A stretch of DNA of 64,000 nucleotides from an uncultured Candidatus Poseidoniales archaeon. GTDB lineage: Archaea > Thermoplasmatota > Poseidoniia > Poseidoniales > Thalassarchaeaceae. The stretch covers positions 4,403-68,402 of the forward strand of contig CABXDN010000002.1 in the NCBI GenBank assembly GCA_902511005.1, written 5' to 3'. Within the stretch, counting starts at the first letter, position 1, and the number at the start of each line of letters is the position of its first letter. The notes under the pieces are model-generated. The model did no database searches and had not been told where the DNA came from. It saw only the letters and a program-made list of their open reading frames with translations. The translations under genes and the position numbers were made by a program. Shown here piece after piece: positions 38,001 through 44,290 of this stretch.

Positions 38001-39770
38001 AGAAATCTCGGCGTCGACATCATATAATTCGATCACATAACTATTAGAACCAGTTGAATTAGAATTAACAATTAGATTGTTGAAGATTATATTGCCATCT
38101 TGGGAGAGTCCTGAATTGTCCACACTAAGTGCAGGAGAATTGATTGGATTTATTATTGTCAAAGAATGAAGTTGTAAATCTATACTATCTTCAATAGTAA
38201 CTCCATAATTATCATCAATTGATGTACAAATGTAGCAAGAAACGTTCTTGCCTCCACTTACAACATCATTAGATTCATCAAAATAAAATCCAGAACCAAG
38301 ATTTCCAGACAATGAACCTACTCCATTCCCAGAAGTCACAACATATTCTAGTTCCACATTACTGGAATCTCTGATCGATAAACCATGACCAGTATTATTC
38401 ATACTTAGAATCGCATTTACATCGGGATGGAATTCTCGGAAATCTAGACCACTGGCACCATTCTCTGTTACTTCCCAATTAGTTCCACGGACTCCACCTT
38501 TCCACATTAAAACCCCAGGACCAGATGAGTTCCTTACAACTAAATCATTGATTGTTGGAGGTCCCGAAATCCCCCAGTTCGCAGATCTCCAAAATAAACC
38601 AGCACGATCATTCAAGGGGATTGAAAAACCATCGCCACCATTATTCAATAATGTCAAATTATTAACGACCATAGAAGAATCTATCATATATGCTCTGAAA
38701 CCAACTACTGGATTATCTTCAATTAATCCCCCTTCAATTTTAATGCCACTAGTATTCACATCTAATGCAGCAATTCCGAGTCCCGGTGTCTTTGCATTAC
38801 CGCCGCCAGTGCCTCTAATCACTAGATTATTGAAAATAGCATTTATTGGTAAATTAGAGAACTGACTATGATTATATTGTTCGACCATTATGCCACGATA
38901 TTGACTATCTTCAACTACTAGATTTGTAAATGTAGGTCTCGTATTCCACCCTTCCGTAATGTGTCTAACATAAACTCCATTATCAGAACGTATTACATTT
39001 GAATTTGCCACTAGAGGAAGAGAATCTTCAATCCAGATTCCAGCGGCAATTGACGTAGTAGCGCCACTAATATTAGTAATTTGTAAATTCGATACTATAC
39101 CTCCAGAATTGCCCCAATAATTCAAACCACGAGTAACGAGATTATTGATAACTGCCCCATCGATGATTGGGCTAGAAGATGCACCTACTGAGATCCCAAT
39201 GCCTTTTCTCCAATTAGTCGTTAATGGAATATCTTGACCACCTCCTTCAATTACAATGTTATTGATTCTAGGTGAAGCGGAATCAAACATATCAACTGCT
39301 ACTAAATCTGCATTCTCCACTCTTAGATGGTTAATTGTTGGATTACTACCATAGATTGTGATTCCGTACTCCGAATTTTTAATTGTTAGATTATCAATTT
39401 TCGAACCTAAACCATTACTTGAAGAATTAAAAATAATACCATCATGATCTCCTAAAATTGAATTCAATATGACTGGTGATGCAAAGGTCCCTTCGACTGT
39501 TATCCTTCCGGCTACTAGTATATCCTTATCATCTCCTAGGTTAATTGTTGTACCTTCTTCAATAATTAAAATATCTCCACTTTCAACGGTATAACCATCT
39601 ACTAAATTTACGGTTCCACTCCATACAGAAGTAGTCTTAGAATGACCTGCAATTGAACTAGTAGGTACTAAAGCAATGCTTGATAAAAGAAAGATTGAAA
39701 CTAGGACAATTGCATGCCTTCGATGATGACGATGACTGTCAGGCATGGTATAACGGCTCTGCGATAACAT
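35100..39770 (-). CDS. 1556-aa surface protein: N-terminal signal/anchor, parallel beta-helix (PbH1/CASH-like) region, at least 5 PKD/Ig-like domains, C-terminal TM anchor
   Basis: Repeated IxNLxIxN-type beta-helix turns (NLTIKNSEYGITIYGSNPTINHLRVENADLVAVD and others). PKD-like blocks include VIFDASSSWDLDNELMTYSWSS, LIDGSNTIDPEGDEIKFEFWSD, LFDFRDSFDPDGDEFK and LNASASFDYDNDIILYQWSLGDG. C-terminal TM LPLLGFMITLFLAIGILYSV followed by NRRKE. Confidence 0.7.
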   Translation of the reverse strand: MLSQSRYTMPDSHRHHRRHAIVLVSIFLLSSIALVPTSSIAGHSKTTSVWSGTVNLVDGYTVESGDILIIEEGTTINLGDDKDILVAGRITVEGTFASPVILNSILGDHDGIIFNSSSNGLGSKIDNLTIKNSEYGITIYGSNPTINHLRVENADLVAVDMFDSASPRINNIVIEGGGQDIPLTTNWRKGIGISVGASSSPIIDGAVINNLVTRGLNYWGNSGGIVSNLQITNISGATTSIAAGIWIEDSLPLVANSNVIRSDNGVYVRHITEGWNTRPTFTNLVVEDSQYRGIMVEQYNHSQFSNLPINAIFNNLVIRGTGGGNAKTPGLGIAALDVNTSGIKIEGGLIEDNPVVGFRAYMIDSSMVVNNLTLLNNGGDGFSIPLNDRAGLFWRSANWGISGPPTINDLVVRNSSGPGVLMWKGGVRGTNWEVTENGASGLDFREFHPDVNAILSMNNTGHGLSIRDSSNVELEYVVTSGNGVGSLSGNLGSGFYFDESNDVVSGGKNVSCYICTSIDDNYGVTIEDSIDLQLHSLTIINPINSPALSVDNSGLSQDGNIIFNNLIVNSNSTGSNSYVIELYDVDAEISNLQISGNNSGFYWDAKGSLDSYLNDSIINTQNTISCLDLVDHSELLVNNTGFQCNSPPSLDSSFVNMTNSFFLSNSTNSNYFLMKSNSHLRWISSSLMDEPLFESEDNIVDEMWYVETHVVNQYLNHIPFSSVNLTFDLYESEYFGILPYEGVDIIGPFIGKRWTPINGWSNVNDVHTGCDYDSVHNDSEPFGLDSNKVVTCILEISNQPPIIIWLLPSPDEIYASGSEVIFDASSSWDLDNELMTYSWSSNIDGDITSSCEFNNNNSIIIANNLIQCLSDGIHQITLEICDLSNNCASEQRSIELSNNPPLLTVDTTPDISAWGTLYLGKTASVNIDLTGTNDPENDELTCWIKTSYEETELFLSECPGQINKTFPLAPNQFTVTVYATDGVHSPVTWTFNVELFNELPNALVEITRTGLRSQDILLIDGSNTIDPEGDEIKFEFWSDIDGLLNSGITPSDSLEWSGMLSKGTHKITMYASDDRPNHAGQWTTTELDLIVENSPPVAMISYPIEDYSTNSGHLISFDATGSGDWDIACSDLDNSTGIICNYFSDSSKDLVSVLWQSDLLSEPIGSEWKFKSRLPEGNHVISLHIDDGDGGTASFSTTIFVEQSAPVLILSSPDEGIEVYSNLPVLFDFRDSFDPDGDEFKVSIFSDIMPEPILEDKTNEYWYNDYLPAGVHDLSFVLTDSTGRISNYSQQLTVFETGPTAGISDYSDGQYIPPGREITLNASASFDYDNDIILYQWSLGDGTEIGDKEEITVSLPPGLVQINLLVKDSRGESDITSINLIIGSSSPILYELSINPNTLKFAEDNPIFITVRLDDLDGTTQIVFCKFKAGKIEQEFELRDDGLGGDSIAGDNIWSLQTAILVNDGSIAQVELWAIDGEVVSPILFGQLPIESEENSNIISWFLSGGLPLLGFMITLFLAIGILYSVNRRKELAKDLEMIESWSTFDPRELDDEFNE

Positions 39771-39866
39771 ATATCACTGGTGGGTAAATGAGTATGTTAG
39801 TAATCGATTACAAACGAGGCATAATAAGTATAACTGATGCCGTCTTAAATTGGAGACAATCAAATC

Positions 39867-40100
39867 ATGAGTACCGCTTTCGTTTTGTTCAAGTGTCAAC
39901 CTCAAAGAGAGTTAGAAGTTTATCTTGCCCTATTAGAAATTGATAGCGTGACTGAAACTCATGTTGCATATGGAGAATACGATTTAGTTGCCAGAATTGA
40001 TTTTGAAGATGAAAAAGAAATGGCAAAAACATTGATTGGAAATATGCGATCGATTCCTGGGGTTCAGAAAACTGAAACATTGATAGCAGTGGAGGCATGA
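39867..40100 (+). CDS. stand-alone RAM domain protein (Lrp/AsnC ligand-binding domain only), copy 1
   Basis: 77 aa with a beta-alpha-beta-beta-alpha-beta pattern. AFVLFKC...THVAYGEYDLVARIDFEDEKEMAKTLIGNMRSIPGVQKTETLIAVE is typical of AsnC_trans_reg domains. No HTH is present. Confidence 0.75.
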   Translation: MSTAFVLFKCQPQRELEVYLALLEIDSVTETHVAYGEYDLVARIDFEDEKEMAKTLIGNMRSIPGVQKTETLIAVEA

Positions 40101-40103
40101 ATA

Positions 40104-40337
40104 ATGGCAGTCGGATTCATCCTAATCACCACTGAACCAGGGTGTGAAGTTAAAGTTCGAGAAGAGGTAAGTAAAATAAAATGTGTTAAGGGACAATGGA
40201 TTGTATTTGGGAATCATGATTTATTCGTTAAGGTTGAAGCAGAAGATGAGTCTGAATTAACAAAATGTATTGTACAAGAAATTAGATCTGTTAAAGGAAT
40301 CTATGAAACAAGAACACTGATTGGTGCAGAAATTTGA
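40104..40337 (+). CDS. stand-alone RAM domain protein, copy 2
   Basis: 77 aa, roughly one third identical to copy 1 by eye (GFILITT...IVFGNHDLFVKVEAEDESELTKCIVQEIRSVKGIYETRTLIGAE). GGAGG 7 nt upstream of the ATG, and a 3-nt spacer from copy 1. Confidence 0.75.
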   Translation: MAVGFILITTEPGCEVKVREEVSKIKCVKGQWIVFGNHDLFVKVEAEDESELTKCIVQEIRSVKGIYETRTLIGAEI

Positions 40338-42509
40338 TTAAATTGATTTCGTCAATTCGTCAAGTAATTCATTAGCTGCTGAAGTACACTCAGCACTGCG
40401 AAATCTATGAATTGATTCTTGCCAACAAGAGAGCCTTAGATTGGAGTTCAATATGCCTCTCCAGTACCAGCACTGAGCATTTATTCTTCGATATGCAGCC
40501 ATATCATCCCTTAATGGACTGTTAAATAAGTCATTATGTAATTCTTGTACCCAAACTGGATGATTGCCCCTAGTTTTTTCCAGTACTGCATGAATAAGGC
40601 TAATTTTCTTCAATGGATCTGAACAATCGTCAATAAATAATCGTATAGATTCTAACGAGGAATTTAATAATTTTGATGTGTTTGAAATTGTTAATCGAGT
40701 GCGTAAATCCAATGCTACGAGAGTTTCATTATCTTCCGACATCATAATTTCTAACTTAGATCTAGATTGAGATGCTAAACTCAGATCAGAAATCTGCAAG
40801 GCTATCGCATGTTTCAATAAATTTAATGAAAGTTCGGCAGTATTTCTATCTCTGTCAGAAATATCTAATAGAATTATATTATTGATCTCAGAGAGAATTT
40901 CTTTTGCTAAAGATTTACTTAGCCTTCCGGGTAATCTATCATCATATTTCCTAACTAATACAGATACCTGAAACCTTATTTTATCTAAAGGAGATAATTG
41001 TTCTATTGCCTGATTCTCTAACTCGGATGCTGATTCAGTATCTCCTCTAATTCGGAATAAACGTGCCATGAGTAGTTGTTTTTTAGGACTTATTTCTATA
41101 TCAGACAAATGGGCCTCAGCAATATCATATTCTGCCCTCTCAAAGGCTAAGTCTATAGCCTGCATTCGATAATCGGAATCTTCAGAGAAACGTAAAGCTT
41201 CGTCGATTATTAGTGCTGCAGAAGCAGTATTTTCTTGAGATATCTGCGATATTTTATCGAGTAGCCATTCTTTTTCAAAATTCTGAGATTTAACCCGATG
41301 ATATGATTCCATCCACTGGGCTCTGTGACCATCTTTCAAAGACCAATTGTTTGCTGCATTATGATGAAGGCTTTTCGTTTGATTTTCTGACCAAAATAAT
41401 CTACGTACATTTCTAATTAAATGATGGGGCTCAAATTTCTTATTATGCCACCTAAGAATTGCAGATTCATCGAGTTCAAACAACCCCTCCGAATTAAATA
41501 ATTCGCCAACATCTAGTGGATTCGGGCTGATACTTAGTTCATCCAATGTTGAGATTCCATGACTAGTTAATTTCTCAATCACCGTTGATTCAATAAATTG
41601 TTGAACTGCTTCTACTTCTTCCGGCAACTTACTTTCTGGATTCCAAAGATGTAAGGCTAGAGGATGTCCACCCAAAGATTTGACGATTTGGTCTGCCTTT
41701 TCTTCAGTGAGATATTCTGGAAGTAAAGACCGACCATCTTTTTCAGATATACCTGATAGACGAAAATCTGAATATCCTTCAACCACAGAGAAAGGATTAG
41801 GAGAACGAATAATAACCAAAATTGAAGCCTTAACAGCCTTTAATCCAAATAATAAGTCTTTCAAATTGCTGATATGTCTATCATGAACCTCTTGAATCTC
41901 ATCAATGACTAGTAGAGTTTTATTTTTATCTAACCGTGAAATAAATGCTAGTCTGTCGCGGGGTGGATTACCTCCTAACCATTGTTTAGAAATATCATAA
42001 ACATCTGTGTTGGAATAACATGTAGCCCAACGAACATTCCAACCTTTGTGCAATATCTCATCAACTACCCCGCTGGCTAGACTTGTTTTACCGATTCCAG
42101 GTAAACCACTTAAGAAAATATTTTCTCCATTTATAATTAATTCTAGCAAATCTTGAACAATCTCATCTCTACCAAATAATTTTGTAAAATCCGGTATCGG
42201 CCCATATCCTTTTCCAGTCCTTGACAGAGGTTCTGATTCAAATGATTCTACTTTAGTTCGCCCATTGAGTGTAATATGCACTACTGTACGTTTCCGGGAA
42301 CCTCCGCCGGTAACATGAGCGGTTCGATTGGACACAAAGCCTTGTTCTACGAGCCTATTGAGAGGTTTATGCAGGCTTGATCTAACTAAACCGAGTGATT
42401 CGGCCAGACCGGGTAGTGAAAGACTCCGAGGTACATCCCAACTTTTCTCAAAGTCCTGAGAAAACTCAGAAAGTCGAGAAAGAATCCGCCTCTCAGTGTC
42501 ACTGAGCAT
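40338..42509 (-). CDS. STAND-type P-loop NTPase (NB-ARC/AP-ATPase-like) with an N-terminal winged-helix DNA-binding domain and a C-terminal helical-repeat region
   Basis: wHTH LPGLAESLGLVRSSLHKPLNRLVEQGFVSN, Walker A SGLPGIGKTSLA, Walker B LLVIDEIQEV, GxP/GLPL-like LGGHPLALHLW. A helical, TPR-like region of about 350 aa follows. Confidence 0.7.
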   Translation of the reverse strand: MLSDTERRILSRLSEFSQDFEKSWDVPRSLSLPGLAESLGLVRSSLHKPLNRLVEQGFVSNRTAHVTGGGSRKRTVVHITLNGRTKVESFESEPLSRTGKGYGPIPDFTKLFGRDEIVQDLLELIINGENIFLSGLPGIGKTSLASGVVDEILHKGWNVRWATCYSNTDVYDISKQWLGGNPPRDRLAFISRLDKNKTLLVIDEIQEVHDRHISNLKDLLFGLKAVKASILVIIRSPNPFSVVEGYSDFRLSGISEKDGRSLLPEYLTEEKADQIVKSLGGHPLALHLWNPESKLPEEVEAVQQFIESTVIEKLTSHGISTLDELSISPNPLDVGELFNSEGLFELDESAILRWHNKKFEPHHLIRNVRRLFWSENQTKSLHHNAANNWSLKDGHRAQWMESYHRVKSQNFEKEWLLDKISQISQENTASAALIIDEALRFSEDSDYRMQAIDLAFERAEYDIAEAHLSDIEISPKKQLLMARLFRIRGDTESASELENQAIEQLSPLDKIRFQVSVLVRKYDDRLPGRLSKSLAKEILSEINNIILLDISDRDRNTAELSLNLLKHAIALQISDLSLASQSRSKLEIMMSEDNETLVALDLRTRLTISNTSKLLNSSLESIRLFIDDCSDPLKKISLIHAVLEKTRGNHPVWVQELHNDLFNSPLRDDMAAYRRINAQCWYWRGILNSNLRLSCWQESIHRFRSAECTSAANELLDELTKSI

Positions 42510-42565
42510 GGTGCTCGTACAGGTCTAGGGTTCATGGGTATTCACCTCCGCCGCATCAAATAGTT

Positions 42566-44290
42566 ATGGCGCTCGAGAGTGAAGATTTGGACCTCCCCGC
42601 TAATCCAGGGGTTTATCTTTTCAAGCAAATAGATGGAAGAGTACTATACGTAGGTAAGGCAAATAATCTCAAAGAAAGAGTTCGATCATACTTTTCCAGG
42701 AATCCAGATAGGAAAATGATACCAACATTGGTTGAAAAATCCAATAAAATAGATTTTATAGTGACACAAAATCCTGCTGAAGCACTCGTTTTGGAAAGAG
42801 AATTAATACGGAAGCATAAACCAAGATATAATTCAATGCTCAAGGACGATAAATCGTTCCCATATATCTGCTTAACAAATGAAGAATACCCTCGTATAAT
42901 CTATACTAGATTCCCATCTGATGATTCCATAAGGTGGGGTCCGTTTCCTGATGCAGGTGCTGCTAAAAGAGTAATACAGCTTATTAGAAGATATTTTGGA
43001 ATAAGAGATGAAGATTGTAGGGGGGAAGACGGTTGTCTAGCGATGCATATTGGTTTATGCAGAGGACCTTGTTTTGATCCCGAGGGATATGAAAAATTAG
43101 TTAACGCTGCTAAGGGAGTATTGAATGGAAATGCAGGAAAATTAATTCTAGATTTGAATAATGAAATGGAGAATTATTCAATAAATTTAGATTATGAAAA
43201 TGCTGCAAAAACTAGAGATTTAATATCAGCAGTGCAAATAATTATTTCTCAACAAATTATTGATTCTAGGTTTTACCAAGATTGTGATGCAGTGGGTTTC
43301 GCATATCTAAATGACTTAGCAGTAGTAGTAATACTTCATGCCAAGGATGGAAGAATACAGGGAGAAGTAAACTATCCATTGATTCATCGAGGAGATATTA
43401 GTGAATCTGTTTCACTAGTTCTCTCAGAACATTATTCCGAAAGGAAGCCACCTAAAGTAATACTTCTACCTACGCCAATTACAAATGTTATGGAACAATG
43501 GCTTGAGAATAGGAGGGGGAAAAAAGTAGATACAAGAATTCCCATAAGAGGAGAGTTGGCAAAGCTACAGAAAATGGCAGAACGGAATGCAGAAATTCAA
43601 CTTGTAAGGCATAAGAATAAACGTTCAGGAAATCTAGAAAAAATTGCAGCTGATGATGGGGCGAAATTATTACAATTAGACTCATTAGATTATATTGTAT
43701 GCTTTGATATGGCCCAAATTCAAGGTTCTGAAAGAGTAGGCGCATCAATTGTCCTTAGAAAAGGGAGGCCATCGAAAAAAGAGTACAGGACATATCGTGT
43801 GAAAACAGATGTATTAGACGACCTTAGAATGATGTCTGAAGTCGTTGAAAGATGGAGTAAAAGGCAAGATGAATGGCCAAATCTATTACTATTAGATGGG
43901 GGGAAAACGCATTTAGACAGTATTCATAGAGTCTTGGAAAAAAATGGGATAGATGGTATGTTCCCCGTGGCAGCATTGGCAAAAAAGGAAGAAACAATAT
44001 TTCGTAAAGGAAAAGAACCTATAATTCTCGATAGGAAAGGAAGAGTTTTGATTCATTCAAGAGATGAAGCGCATCGATTTGTAAATAAATATCACAGGAA
44101 AAGGCGAGGGAAATCAGCATTGAAAAATCCATTAGAAGACATAAATGGTTTAGGTGCCAAAAAGATTCAGTCTTTATTGATACATTTTGGAGGATATAAA
44201 AAAATAAAATTTGCATCCATTGAAGAACTAAGAAAAGTCCCAGGGATAGGCAAAGAAATGGCTGAAAAAATTCATTCAGAATTAATTTAA
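42566..44290 (+). CDS. uvrC: excinuclease ABC subunit C
   Basis: GIY-YIG N-terminus (PGVYLFK...VLYVGKANNLKERVRSYF), a UVR domain (YENAAKTRDLISAV), an endonuclease V-like domain and a C-terminal (HhH)2 (INGLGAKKIQSL...VPGIGKEMAEKI). Confidence 0.95.
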   Translation: MALESEDLDLPANPGVYLFKQIDGRVLYVGKANNLKERVRSYFSRNPDRKMIPTLVEKSNKIDFIVTQNPAEALVLERELIRKHKPRYNSMLKDDKSFPYICLTNEEYPRIIYTRFPSDDSIRWGPFPDAGAAKRVIQLIRRYFGIRDEDCRGEDGCLAMHIGLCRGPCFDPEGYEKLVNAAKGVLNGNAGKLILDLNNEMENYSINLDYENAAKTRDLISAVQIIISQQIIDSRFYQDCDAVGFAYLNDLAVVVILHAKDGRIQGEVNYPLIHRGDISESVSLVLSEHYSERKPPKVILLPTPITNVMEQWLENRRGKKVDTRIPIRGELAKLQKMAERNAEIQLVRHKNKRSGNLEKIAADDGAKLLQLDSLDYIVCFDMAQIQGSERVGASIVLRKGRPSKKEYRTYRVKTDVLDDLRMMSEVVERWSKRQDEWPNLLLLDGGKTHLDSIHRVLEKNGIDGMFPVAALAKKEETIFRKGKEPIILDRKGRVLIHSRDEAHRFVNKYHRKRRGKSALKNPLEDINGLGAKKIQSLLIHFGGYKKIKFASIEELRKVPGIGKEMAEKIHSELI

